The position numbers and the translations under genes were made by a program. DNA of 64,000 nucleotides from an uncultured Clostridia bacterium (lineage in GTDB: Bacteria; Bacillota; Clostridia; Christensenellales; QALW01), in contig CAUDEY010000002.1 in the NCBI GenBank assembly GCA_958448705.1, forward strand, positions 74,768-138,767, in the 5' to 3' direction. Positions 10,133 to 19,219 of the stretch are shown here, piece after piece (the stretch's first letter is position 1; every line of letters starts with the position of its first letter). The notes beneath the pieces were generated by a model. That model did no database searches. It saw only the letters and a program-made list of their open reading frames with translations, and was not told the origin of the DNA.

Positions 10133-10390
10133 ATGAAAGCAACAGGAATCGTAAGGCCCATTGACAAACTTGGGAGAATTGTTATTCCCAAAGAACTGAG
10201 AAGAATCTACGGTCTTACCGTAGACGACTCGGTCGAAATTTTTGTAAACGATGATCAAATCGTTATCAAAAAGTACGAGCCGGCATGTATCTTCTGCAAC
10301 AATACAGACGGTATTGTCCTTTATGAAGGCAAGTCCATCTGCAAATCCTGCCTGGAGAAGATAAACGCTGCTGCAAAAGAGGTAGAGTAA
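10133..10390 (+). CDS. abrB: AbrB/SpoVT-family transition-state regulator
   Basis: MKATGIVRPIDKLGRIVIPKELRRIYG SpoVT-AbrB domain, with synteny to rsmI and the yabB-like gene as in Bacillus. Confidence 0.85.
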   Translation: MKATGIVRPIDKLGRIVIPKELRRIYGLTVDDSVEIFVNDDQIVIKKYEPACIFCNNTDGIVLYEGKSICKSCLEKINAAAKEVE

Positions 10391-10428
10391 CACATTGCTG
10401 CCAAAAAGCAGTGTACAGGCCTTTTATA

Positions 10429-10467
10429 AAAGATGATTTATTTTTTATAAATTTGATCATCTTTTTA
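10429..10467 (+). terminator. Candidate terminator after abrB
   Basis: AAGATGAT (10430-10437) pairs with ATCATCTT (10456-10463) across an AT-rich loop, followed by TTTTTAT. Confidence 0.45.
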
Positions 10468-10524
10468 TTGGTGTGTCCTTAAAAGCCCTCTTTTGTGTGT
10501 TCGGCTTTTGGAAAGCCTTGCATC

Positions 10525-10565
10525 AAAAAAACACCGCTGAAAAATTATTCGGCGGTGTTTTTTTG
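10525..10565. terminator. Bidirectional rho-independent terminator between abrB and the PHP gene
   Basis: ACACCGC (10531-10537) pairs with GCGGTGT (10552-10558). It is flanked by an A-run (10525-10531) and a T-run (10558-10564). Confidence 0.7.
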
Positions 10566-10573
10566 TAATTTTT

Positions 10574-11263
10574 TTAAAGTTCTTCCATAATCATTCTGTA
10601 ATTGCCCTGCCGGAGGACCTGCGCCAACTCTGCCTCATCAGCAATACGCTGCCGCGTTTCAATTCCGGCGCAGCACACCTTATCCGGCGCATGTGCATCC
10701 GCGCCGGAAACAAAAATCATATGGGGATTTTCCTTTGCAAATTCCAAAGCGGAAAGATTATCGGCAAAATCATTACAGGCATTGTATGCTTCAATGCCGT
10801 CGATACAGGCAAGCTCCAGCAAGCCCGGCTTGGGGATATACTCCCTATGCCGAAACGGATGCGCCTGCAGACAGATTCCGCCGGCCGCGCGCACGGAAGC
10901 GCTCCACTGCTGCAGTCCGCCTTTTCTCAGCTCCGGATGTGCATAAAGAAAGGCAGGAAGAATGCCATAACATAATATTTCCTTTCCCTGCCCGACGCCC
11001 TCCTCTACCCCAAACAAAAGATCCAGGTTATATTGTTGGGCAATCTTTTTTCCAAACGCAAAATCCTCCGCATACGCATCTACAAATTTCTCCCATGGCA
11101 GACGGCGTTCGATTCCGGTATTCCCATGAAAAAAATGGTTGGTAATTACGCCGCCGCTGTATCCGCCTGAAGCAAGCGCGGCTAAAAGCTGTTCAAAATC
11201 CATCCGCGCGCATTTACTGCATGGCAGCGTATGCATATGCATCTGATATTTATAATATTTCAA
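10574..11263 (-). CDS. PHP-domain (polymerase/histidinol phosphatase-like) metal-dependent phosphoesterase
   Basis: 229 aa with N-terminal MHMHT and further His/Asp motifs (AHPFRH, GADAH). Confidence 0.7.
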   Translation of the reverse strand: MKYYKYQMHMHTLPCSKCARMDFEQLLAALASGGYSGGVITNHFFHGNTGIERRLPWEKFVDAYAEDFAFGKKIAQQYNLDLLFGVEEGVGQGKEILCYGILPAFLYAHPELRKGGLQQWSASVRAAGGICLQAHPFRHREYIPKPGLLELACIDGIEAYNACNDFADNLSALEFAKENPHMIFVSGADAHAPDKVCCAGIETRQRIADEAELAQVLRQGNYRMIMEEL

Positions 11264-12075
11264 AGATCGGTAACCTCCATATAAACATCATTTTTCGGTA
11301 CCCCCATCCGCTGTGCCACCTGCTTAATGGCCGCCTTTTTTTCTATCCCCTGCGCAATCAGCGCGGCCACCTGCTCCCGCGGGGAAACAAGAGAGGCTTC
11401 CGCAGCCTGCTGCTTTCCTGCAAGAATAAGAACAAATTCACCGCGAAGATTCTCCACCGCGTCTCTCCAGCGGCTTAAGGAAAAAAGAATGCACTCTTCG
11501 TGCAGCTTGGTAAGCTCTCTTGCAAGGGTGGCCTCCCGATCCCCCAGAACCTGAAAAAGCTCCTCCAGCGTATTTTCCAGACGATGCGGGCTTTCATGTA
11601 AAATGACGGTACGTTCCTCCTTTGCCAGTTCTTCCAAACGCTGCCGCCGTTCCTTTCCGGTTTTAGGCAAAAACCCCTCAAACACAAAACGATCGCACCG
11701 CATACCCGAAAGTACCAGTGCGCAAAGTCCGGCGTTCGCTCCCGGCAGCACAGTAACCGGAAATCCGCGCTCCCGCGCTTTCCTTACCGCAATATAGCCG
11801 GGGTCTGAAATACAAGGCATACCGGCATCCGAGAGCAGCGCAATATTTTCACCAGCGGCCAGCCGCTCCAGCAGCTGTTCGGAGCGCTGCTGTTCATTAT
11901 GCTCATGATAAGAGAGCAGTGGCTTATGAATATCATAGTGCCGCAGCAGTACCGCACTGTGCCGTGTATCCTCACAGGCAACGGCGTCGCATTCCTTCAG
12001 CACACGCAGCACACGCAGCGTAATGTCCTCCATATTTCCAATAGGCGTTGCACATATATATAAAGTACCACTCAT
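11260..12075 (-). CDS. rsmI: 16S rRNA (cytidine1402-2'-O)-methyltransferase
   Basis: GTLYICATPIGNMEDITLRVLRVLKECDAVACEDTRHS is the RsmI N-terminal signature. Confidence 0.9.
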   Translation of the reverse strand: MSGTLYICATPIGNMEDITLRVLRVLKECDAVACEDTRHSAVLLRHYDIHKPLLSYHEHNEQQRSEQLLERLAAGENIALLSDAGMPCISDPGYIAVRKARERGFPVTVLPGANAGLCALVLSGMRCDRFVFEGFLPKTGKERRQRLEELAKEERTVILHESPHRLENTLEELFQVLGDREATLARELTKLHEECILFSLSRWRDAVENLRGEFVLILAGKQQAAEASLVSPREQVAALIAQGIEKKAAIKQVAQRMGVPKNDVYMEVTDL

Positions 12076-12827
12076 AGATCTTTTTCCCCGTTCTGATGAT
12101 AAATACGGTTGATTTCCTGATTCATATTTCCCTCCGCATCATAAATACACAGTGTACTCTCCCAATGCATATAGGGTTTTCCCTCCTTTACGCCTTCTAC
12201 AAGCGCTATATACGGCGGCGTATGGGGCCGGGCCTGAACCAGACGGCAGCGTTTGGGTTCCAGACGGTGCCTGCGCATCGTTTCAAAGATATCTACAATT
12301 CTGTCACTGTGGTTCACCATTGCCAAACGGCCGCCATTTTTTAAAAGATACGCCGCGGCGGTACAAACATCCTCCAGCGTACAGGTTTCCTCATGCCGAG
12401 AGAGCGTATGAGCATCTTGATCATTACACTCTCCGCTGTTATGCCTCTTATACGGCGGATTGCATACTACCGTACTATAGGCACAGGCAGGAAGCAAGTC
12501 CCGAATATTGCGAAAATCGCCGCTGCAGATCTGGATTTTTTCTTCTAATCCGTTATACCGTACGCTTCGCGCGGCCATATCTGCCATATCCGGCTGGATT
12601 TCCACCGCATCACAATGCAGAAATGCATGCCGGCCGTAAAGAAGAATCGGCAAAATCCCTGTTCCCGTACCTAAATCACATATAACGGCATTTTTCTTTA
12701 CCGTAGCAAAATCTGCCAGCAGAACTGCATCCGTTCCAAAACAGAAAGATTCAGGGTTCTGAATCAGCTTCAGACCCCTGAATTGTAAATCGTCTATCCG
12801 TTCATGCTCTTTGATAAGCTCCCGCAT
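12072..12827 (-). CDS. SAM-dependent N6-adenine methyltransferase (YabB / tRNA1(Val) m6A37-like)
   Basis: 251 aa with the DLGTGTGILP SAM motif and the NPPY catalytic motif, positioned upstream of rsmI as in Bacillus yabB. Confidence 0.75.
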   Translation of the reverse strand: MRELIKEHERIDDLQFRGLKLIQNPESFCFGTDAVLLADFATVKKNAVICDLGTGTGILPILLYGRHAFLHCDAVEIQPDMADMAARSVRYNGLEEKIQICSGDFRNIRDLLPACAYSTVVCNPPYKRHNSGECNDQDAHTLSRHEETCTLEDVCTAAAYLLKNGGRLAMVNHSDRIVDIFETMRRHRLEPKRCRLVQARPHTPPYIALVEGVKEGKPYMHWESTLCIYDAEGNMNQEINRIYHQNGEKDL

Positions 12828-14659
12828 CAGATAACGCGCCTTCCCCAGGAAAACCTGGTTTTATAGTAATTTTCCGAAAGACTGGAAATAATTACCTTTC
12901 TGGTAGACCCCGAAGAAGCATGGATAACCTGACCGTTGCCTAAATAAATACCCGCATGATCACAAAGATCATTATCATTTACCGTGTTAAAGAATACCAG
13001 ATCGCCAATCTGCAGCTCGCTGATAGAACTAATCTTAGTTCCGCTATTCCAATATCCCTGAGAATATGCCGTACGCGGAATCGAAATACCAAAGTGCGCA
13101 TATACATATTTAGTAAAGCCCGAGCAATCAAAGGCATTGGGTCCATTTGCACCAAGAACATACGGTACGCCCAAGAAATTTTTAGAATACTCTGCAATCT
13201 GCTGGCCTAAAGCCGAGCCGCCAGAGGACGAGCCTCCGGAAGATGTTGAACCGCCGCCCGAGCTGCTGCCGCCTGAGCTGCCGGAACTGCCGGAAGAAGC
13301 CTTCTTCGCCGAAGAGGAGAAGAGTACCGAAAGCGTATTGCTTCCGCAAACACCATCAGAGCTGAGACCGTTATTTTTCTGGAAGCTGCGCACGGCGGCT
13401 ACCGTTGCCGAGCCGTAATATCCCGTTGCCGAAGCAGAAAGATAGCCAAGCTCCCGCAGCCGTTTTTGAATCGTTACTACCGAGCTGCCCTCTGAGCCCT
13501 GCCGGAAGGTGCCTGAGGGCGCCGTAAGTCCGGACGAAGAACTGTTGCTGCTCAAACTTCCGCCCAGTTTTGCATATTGGCTGTCGATATATCCCTCTGT
13601 ACCGCCGGACGTTTTTATCTTATACCAACTGCCGGAATCATCCAGCAGCGTAACAACCGTACCGTTTTTTACACTGGCTACCACATCGTAGCCGGTACCG
13701 GGTCCCTTGCGTACATTTAAAGTATTGCTTACCTGAATCGTACAGGTCGTGGCACCGGTACCCTTCTGGATATAATCCTTACTTGCATATCCCTTGGTAC
13801 CGTTTTTCATTTCCACATAATACCAGTCGCCTGTCTCTCCCAATACGCTCAGGGAGGTTCCCTTGGAAAGCGTATTTAAAACATCATAGCCGGTACTGGG
13901 ACCGCTGCGCACTTTTAAGGAGCTTGCCGTAACCGAACCTGTCCACGCACTGAAAAGATCGCTTACCGTAGTTGCCGCACCGGCTTCCCCGCCGATATTG
14001 ACATACTTTTTAAAAATATACCCCTTTTGGCCCTCGCTGTTGATCTCAAACCAGTCCCCCTGGCCCCCGATCACATATACCTCCTGGCCGTTTTCTATTT
14101 TAGCAACAACGCTTTTTTCCATATCCGGACCGGAGCGAAGATTGACGGTGCCTTCCACATCGGTTATCGTACCGGCAATGCCCATGGGGCTGCCCTCGGT
14201 AAGATATTTTTTGATAATATAGCCTTGGATGCCGTTTTCCGTTTCGACATGATACCATCCGTCTTTTTCCGAATAGATATATACAGCTGAATCACGGGTA
14301 AGGGAATCTATGACCTCACTTTCGGAACTCGGCAGTTCTCTGACGTTCAGCTGCGTCTTTACGTTTACGGTAGCCTCAATACATCCCGCCGCACGAATAG
14401 CCGCTACCGTGTCTTCATCCGCCGAACCGGTTTCCTCCAAGCCGCAGTCCTTCTGAAAGGCCTTTACCGCCGCAGAGGTGGCCTCTCCGTAATATCCGGT
14501 GCAGTCACTGGAAAAATAACCGAATTTTTTTAGGATATATTGAATTTCATATACATCATAGCCTTCGGATTCCAATACATAGGGCGTTGCCAAAGCACTG
14601 AACGGGATACACCCTAACACCAGAATAAAAGCCAAGATAAAAATCGCTATTTTTTTCAT
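12827..14659 (-). CDS. Cell-wall hydrolase: PG-binding domains, repeated SH3b domains and a C-terminal NlpC/P60 endopeptidase
   Basis: Signal peptide MKKIAIFILAFILVLG (ATG 14659, GGTGG RBS). YYGEATSAAVKAFQK-type PG_binding_1 occurs twice. There are four or more GW(Y/F)xV SH3b repeats, a Gly/Ser linker, and FDCSGFTKYVY with catalytic Cys. Confidence 0.85.
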   Translation of the reverse strand: MKKIAIFILAFILVLGCIPFSALATPYVLESEGYDVYEIQYILKKFGYFSSDCTGYYGEATSAAVKAFQKDCGLEETGSADEDTVAAIRAAGCIEATVNVKTQLNVRELPSSESEVIDSLTRDSAVYIYSEKDGWYHVETENGIQGYIIKKYLTEGSPMGIAGTITDVEGTVNLRSGPDMEKSVVAKIENGQEVYVIGGQGDWFEINSEGQKGYIFKKYVNIGGEAGAATTVSDLFSAWTGSVTASSLKVRSGPSTGYDVLNTLSKGTSLSVLGETGDWYYVEMKNGTKGYASKDYIQKGTGATTCTIQVSNTLNVRKGPGTGYDVVASVKNGTVVTLLDDSGSWYKIKTSGGTEGYIDSQYAKLGGSLSSNSSSSGLTAPSGTFRQGSEGSSVVTIQKRLRELGYLSASATGYYGSATVAAVRSFQKNNGLSSDGVCGSNTLSVLFSSSAKKASSGSSGSSGGSSSGGGSTSSGGSSSGGSALGQQIAEYSKNFLGVPYVLGANGPNAFDCSGFTKYVYAHFGISIPRTAYSQGYWNSGTKISSISELQIGDLVFFNTVNDNDLCDHAGIYLGNGQVIHASSGSTRKVIISSLSENYYKTRFSWGRRVI

Positions 14660-14854
14660 GTTCTGTTTACCACCGTTAAAAATAGTTTCTTGTATCAAAA
14701 ACATCTTTCTCTTTTATAATAAGGAAAGCGCGGCCATTTTGTTACCGGCTGCAAAGATGTTTTGTAATACTTTTGTAATATCTTATCATTCAAATGCTAT
14801 TTTGTCAATACCTAAAACACATTTTTTTCATTTTTTATTTTATAAAAATTCCGC

Positions 14855-14883
14855 TTGCACAAAAAATATATCTGTGATATAAT
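14855..14883 (+). promoter_or_regulatory. Sigma-A-type promoter for secG(-rnr-smpB)
   Basis: TTGCAC (14855-14860), a 17-nt spacer ending in TG, then TATAAT (14878-14883), 35 nt before the secG ATG. Confidence 0.6.
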
Positions 14884-14917
14884 GCAAAATACTGATAAAA
14901 GCGGAGGTTTTCAATTT

Positions 14918-15229
14918 ATGGCAATTGCAGAACTTATCTTTGAAATACTCGTTCTTTTACTGGGGCTTATTCTGATTGTTTCCGTGATTCTTCAAAAAAG
15001 TAAAAGTGAGGGAATCACCGGCGTTACCGCAACCAGTGAAAGCGACAATTACTTTGGAAAAAATAAAGGGCTTGCAGGGGAAGAAAAGCTTGCCCGCATC
15101 ACAAAAGTTTCTACAATTCTATTTGTAATCGCCAGCATCATCCTTACGATTTTATTCTCCGTGGAAGCTGTAGGCGCAGATACAGAAACAACCGCCGAGG
15201 TAATTGCATCCCTTTTATCGGCAATGTAA
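14918..15229 (+). CDS. secG: Preprotein translocase subunit SecG
   Basis: 103 aa with two TM segments. GGAGG lies 8 nt before the ATG at 14918. secG-rnr-smpB-ssrA synteny is conserved. Confidence 0.8.
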   Translation: MAIAELIFEILVLLLGLILIVSVILQKSKSEGITGVTATSESDNYFGKNKGLAGEEKLARITKVSTILFVIASIILTILFSVEAVGADTETTAEVIASLLSAM

Positions 15230-15246
15230 CGGAAAACGAAGGAACG

Positions 15247-15281
15247 CCGCGTTTTTGTTATACAAAAATGCGGTTTTTTTT
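15247..15281 (+). terminator. Terminator or attenuator hairpin between secG and rnr
   Basis: CCGCGTTTTT (15247-15256) pairs with AAAAATGCGG (15264-15273), followed by T8. Confidence 0.55.
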
Positions 15282-15306
15282 ATGTCATTTAAGGAAAAAT
15301 AAAAAT

Positions 15307-17382
15307 ATGAATTTAAAGAAAGCAATTATAGAAACTATAAAAACGTCTTCCTCCCCCGTCACGCTCCTGCAGCTTGCAAAAAAGCTGAAGATCGAAAGGA
15401 ATCAAACGACGATGCTGCGGGCAGCGGCAGCTGAGCTTGTAAAAGCAGGTGAGCTCGCCTATGACAGAGGAAAATATTCTTCCGCCCAAAAGGCAGGACT
15501 TTTGCAGGGGACAGTATGCGCTACCATCTCCGGCAGTGACTTTTTTATGAGTGAATCGCTCAAAGAGGATCTGAAAATCCTATGCAGCGCTGATTTCTGT
15601 CCCATGCACAACGATATCGTCTTAGTACGCAAAAAGGGCCGCGGCTGTGAGATCGTTAAGATCGTAAAACGCGCTTATACTACCGTAATCGGCACGCTCT
15701 TTCATGAAGGCACACAGTATTATGTGCTTCCCGACGAAAAAAAACTTCATCTGCAGATTCTTATTCCCAAAGCGGACCGATCAAAAGCCGCCGTGGGAGA
15801 TAAAGTTGTAGTATCGATCGTCTCCTATCCTACTAAAAAGGCAGCAGCGATAGGAAGGATCACTGAAGTTCTCGGTCCCGCTGAGGATGATGAAACAGCC
15901 GTATTATCCGTACTGCGCACTTACAATATTCCCGAGGAATTTGACCCAAAGGTCCTGCTGAGCGCCAACGCACTGCCGAAAGAGATCACGGATGCAGATC
16001 TCGCAGACCGGCTGGATCTGCGCACACTTTCCTGCATCACCATCGACGGTGATGATGCCAAAGATCTTGACGACGCCGTCTCCTTGGAACTGACCGCAAA
16101 CGGCCACTATCTTTTAGGTGTGCACATTGCCGATGTTTCCCACTATGTTAAAGCGGATTCTCTCCTTGATAAGTCTGCTGCCGAGCGTGCCACCAGCGTC
16201 TATATTCCGGGCACGGTGTTTCCCATGCTGCCCAAAGCACTGAGCAACGGCATCTGTTCGCTAAACCCGCAGGAAGACCGGCTGACGCTTTCCTGCTTCA
16301 TGGTGATCGCTAAAAGCGGGAACGTGCTGGAATATTCCATTCAGCCAAGCGTTATCCGCAGCAAGTACCGAATGACGTATCATGATGTAACCGAACTTTT
16401 AGAAAAAAAGAATTCGCCGCTTGCCCAAACGTATGCCGATATTTTGCCCATGCTGCTTTTAATGCGCAGACTGGCCGCTATTTTAAAAAAGTCGCGCAGC
16501 CGGCGCGGCAGCATTGACTTTAATTTTCCTGAGGCAAAAATCGAACTGGACGCAAATCATTTTCCCGTTTCCCTGCAAAAATACCCGATTGGCGTTTCCA
16601 ATGGCATCATTGAGGAATTTATGCTCAAGGCCAATGAAACCGTGGCAGATTATATGCTGAAAAACGGCCTGCCGTGCCTGTACCGCGTACACGCCGCGCC
16701 GGAGGAGAAAAAACTAACGGTATTTCAAGAGCTTATCGAAATGTTCGGCTACAGGCTGCCTAAAAATCCAAAGCCGGCTGATTTCAGCCTTCTTTTAAAG
16801 CAAATACAAAACACAAAAGAAGAACCGCTGCTGCAAAAGCTGATGCTGCGCACAATGAGCAAAGCAAAATACAAACCCGTATGTGAAGGACACTTTGGCC
16901 TGGCGGCGGAAAAATATCTGCATTTTACCTCCCCCATCCGCCGATATCCGGATCTGCTGGTGCACCGCGTACTGCACTGGAGCTTTGCCCGCAACAGCAA
17001 AGCAATTGAAAAATATGCCGACCGTATGAATACTTTTGCTGAAACCTGTACCCAGCAGGAAATCAACGCCGCCATGTGCGAACGGGATGTGGAGGATATC
17101 CGCAAAGCACAGTACATGAGCCGGCATATCGGCGAGCTGTTTGAAGGAACGATTTCGGGCGTAACCGCCTACGGGCTGTTTGTAGAACTGGAAAATACAG
17201 CCGAAGGCTTTATTCCCGTGGCATCCATGAAGGAAGACCATTTTGAATATTATGAAAACACATTTTGCTTTATAGGCGTATCCACACATAAAAAATACAC
17301 CCTTGGTGACAAAGTTACCATAAAAGTGCATGCTGCCCATACGGCAGAGGGAAAAATTGATTTTGAACTGATAATAGCTTGA
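15307..17382 (+). CDS. rnr: Ribonuclease R
   Basis: RNB-domain motifs (ITIDGDDAKDLDDAV, HFTSPIRRYPDL) and a C-terminal S1 domain (GTISGVTAYGLFVEL). The start at 15307 is chosen because 15268 lies inside the upstream hairpin. Confidence 0.9.
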   Translation: MNLKKAIIETIKTSSSPVTLLQLAKKLKIERNQTTMLRAAAAELVKAGELAYDRGKYSSAQKAGLLQGTVCATISGSDFFMSESLKEDLKILCSADFCPMHNDIVLVRKKGRGCEIVKIVKRAYTTVIGTLFHEGTQYYVLPDEKKLHLQILIPKADRSKAAVGDKVVVSIVSYPTKKAAAIGRITEVLGPAEDDETAVLSVLRTYNIPEEFDPKVLLSANALPKEITDADLADRLDLRTLSCITIDGDDAKDLDDAVSLELTANGHYLLGVHIADVSHYVKADSLLDKSAAERATSVYIPGTVFPMLPKALSNGICSLNPQEDRLTLSCFMVIAKSGNVLEYSIQPSVIRSKYRMTYHDVTELLEKKNSPLAQTYADILPMLLLMRRLAAILKKSRSRRGSIDFNFPEAKIELDANHFPVSLQKYPIGVSNGIIEEFMLKANETVADYMLKNGLPCLYRVHAAPEEKKLTVFQELIEMFGYRLPKNPKPADFSLLLKQIQNTKEEPLLQKLMLRTMSKAKYKPVCEGHFGLAAEKYLHFTSPIRRYPDLLVHRVLHWSFARNSKAIEKYADRMNTFAETCTQQEINAAMCERDVEDIRKAQYMSRHIGELFEGTISGVTAYGLFVELENTAEGFIPVASMKEDHFEYYENTFCFIGVSTHKKYTLGDKVTIKVHAAHTAEGKIDFELIIA

Positions 17383-17436
17383 CTTTTGCCCTGGATTGTT
17401 GTACCATTACTGTTGAGATTTTTTGCGGAGAATAAG

Positions 17437-17898
17437 ATGAATAAAGGGATTAAAACAATTGCAGAAAATAAAAAAGCCCGCCATGATTATTTCATTGAGG
17501 ATACCTTTGAGGCCGGCATCGAACTCTCCGGCACCGAGGTAAAATCCATACGGCAGGGAAAGCTCAACTTAAAAGACAGCCATGTGCATATCACCCGCGG
17601 CGAAATGTTTGTAATCGGAATGCACATTTCCCCTTATGAAAAGGGCAATATTTTCAATAAAGATCCCCTGCGCACCCGAAAATTGCTGATGCACCGCCGG
17701 GAGATCGACCGCCTTTTAGGAAAGACAAAAATAGACGGCTATACCTTGATTCCTACAAAAGCTTATCTGAAAAATGGACTGGTAAAAATAGAGGTGGCAC
17801 TTGCCAAAGGCAAAAAGCTTCATGACAAACGCGAAGACGCTGCCATTAGGGATATGAACCGCGCCATAGACCGCGCTACAAAAAACAGAGGTGAATAA
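17437..17898 (+). CDS. smpB: SsrA-binding protein
   Basis: [32 protein letters not shown] is the SmpB signature. The start is at an internal ATG of the ORF-track entry. Confidence 0.92.
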   Translation: MNKGIKTIAENKKARHDYFIEDTFEAGIELSGTEVKSIRQGKLNLKDSHVHITRGEMFVIGMHISPYEKGNIFNKDPLRTRKLLMHRREIDRLLGKTKIDGYTLIPTKAYLKNGLVKIEVALAKGKKLHDKREDAAIRDMNRAIDRATKNRGE

Positions 17899-17899
17899 A

Positions 17900-18751
17900 A
17901 TGAAATTTTTTACTGTAGATCTAAAAAAAGAATTTCCTATGCTCTCTTCCAAACAAGCTCCCACACTTACCTGTTATGTGAATGATAATTCCCGTCAGTT
18001 TGCACCGGGCAGAAAGAATCCCGCCATTCTCATTGCACCCGGCGGCGGTTACAGCAACGTGTGCTTCACCAGGGAGGGCGAACCGATCGCCTTTCACTAT
18101 CTGCGGGCGGGTTTTTCCGCATTTGTACTTACTTACAGCGTAGCGCCGGAATATTATCCCCAGCAGCTGCTGGAGGCTGCGGCATCCATGCTGTATATTC
18201 GGTCTCACGCGGAAGAATGGAATATCGACGAAAGCAAAATAGCGATCAACGGCTATTCTGCCGGCGGCCATCTGGCAGCAAGCCTAGGGGTATTCTGGCA
18301 GGATCCGTTTATCACAGGTCCGTTAAAAGCTACCGGCGGCGACCTGCGTCCCGATGCAATGATCTTAGGCTATCCGGTGATTTCAGCAGATCCTTCCTTC
18401 TGCCACGCTGGCTCCATCCAGAATGTTTCCGGCACCACGGACCGGGATTCAGCGCTGTACAAAAAGATGTCGCTGGAATATCACGTAACAGAAAACACGC
18501 CGCCGGCTTACATATGGCACACTGCCGATGACACCTGCGTGCCGGTAAAAAACAGCCTGTGTTTGGCGCTGGCGCTTTCGGCTAATAAAGTACCTTATGA
18601 GCTTCATATCTTCCCCCACGGCCCGCACGGACTGGCCACAGCGGATTTTGCTACCAATCCTTCTGTAGACTCGCCGCATGATTCCTGCCATAGTTGGATC
18701 GATGAATCCCTCATATTTTTAAAAAAACTATGGTATACTAATAATGAATAA
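17900..18751 (+). CDS. Alpha/beta hydrolase (acetyl-esterase/lipase-like)
   Basis: 283 aa with the GYSAGGHLA nucleophile elbow (GxSxG), the oxyanion-type motif APGGGY, and late D and H residues. AGAGGTGA lies 6 nt before the ATG at 17900. Confidence 0.75.
   Translation: MKFFTVDLKKEFPMLSSKQAPTLTCYVNDNSRQFAPGRKNPAILIAPGGGYSNVCFTREGEPIAFHYLRAGFSAFVLTYSVAPEYYPQQLLEAAASMLYIRSHAEEWNIDESKIAINGYSAGGHLAASLGVFWQDPFITGPLKATGGDLRPDAMILGYPVISADPSFCHAGSIQNVSGTTDRDSALYKKMSLEYHVTENTPPAYIWHTADDTCVPVKNSLCLALALSANKVPYELHIFPHGPHGLATADFATNPSVDSPHDSCHSWIDESLIFLKKLWYTNNE
18731..18739 (+). promoter_or_regulatory. Candidate extended -10 promoter for ssrA embedded in the last codons of the esterase gene
   Basis: TGGTATACT ends 12 nt before the mature tmRNA 5' end. 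No good -35 element is present. Confidence 0.4.
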
Positions 18752-19106
18752 GGGGGCGTAAAGGTTTCGACAGGGTTGTTCGGTGATACAGCAAGCGAGC
18801 CGCGGTTCCGGACCCGCGTAAAAAAACCGGGCGTAAATATAAACGCTAATAATAGAACAAATTTAGTAGCTGCTTAAGGCAGCTTCCGCCGGCTCCCGCT
18901 TCCTGCGGGCGGGATATCCGGCGCCGTAATCGCAGGGAACGTCAGCTGCTTAAGCTTTGCGGCAGCGATGCAGAATGAAGCTACCCCTCAGGCAAGCCTG
19001 CCTTTGTGCGAGCCTTTCAGGGGGAATCTTTCATCAAAGGCTACGCTCGTAGAAAACGGTATTTCCGCTTCTTTGGACAGGGGTTCGACTCCCCTCGCCT
19101 CCACCA
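18752..19106 (+). ncRNA. ssrA: tmRNA (transfer-messenger RNA)
   Basis: The 5' end GGGGGCGTAAAGGTTTCGACAGGG pairs with the 3' end ...GGGGTTCGACTCCCCTCGCCTCCACCA (tRNA-Ala-like acceptor with G3:U). The internal tag ORF is GCT AAT AAT AGA ACA AAT TTA GTA GCT GCT TAA (18845-18877). It follows smpB. Confidence 0.95.
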
Positions 19107-19110
19107 AAAA

Positions 19111-19152
19111 AGCACAACATTGTAGGGTTGAACCCTTGTGTTGTGCTTTTTG
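19111..19152 (+). terminator. ssrA rho-independent terminator
   Basis: AGCACAACA (19111-19119) pairs with TGTTGTGCT (19139-19147), with an inner AGGGTT/AACCCT pairing, followed by TTTTT. Confidence 0.8.
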
Positions 19153-19160
19153 CTTTTGTG

Positions 19161-19169
19161 TGATATAAT
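19161..19169 (+). promoter_or_regulatory. Candidate extended -10 promoter for the ART-like gene
   Basis: TGATATAAT lies 50 nt upstream of the ATG at 19220, and AAAGGTGGAG RBS lies 9 nt before the ATG. Confidence 0.4.
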
Positions 19170-19219
19170 TTTATTAAGAAGTTTTAAGTTCGTTTTTACA
19201 ACAAAGGTGGAGTTAGTAT

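Noticed and set aside
13200-13330. Repetitive GGA/GCC/GCT-rich DNA inside the hydrolase gene, checked as a possible tandem-repeat or CRISPR-like feature.
   Set aside because: It encodes the Gly/Ser linker SSGSSGSSGGSSSGGGSTSSGGSSSGGS between the PG-binding and NlpC/P60 domains. It has no spacer-repeat organisation. No CRISPR array exists anywhere in the window.
14660-14854. I checked for a possible cyclic-di-AMP (ydaO-type) or other riboswitch upstream of the NlpC/P60 hydrolase gene.
   Set aside because: The leader is very AT-rich, with no conserved GC-rich helices or recognisable riboswitch core.
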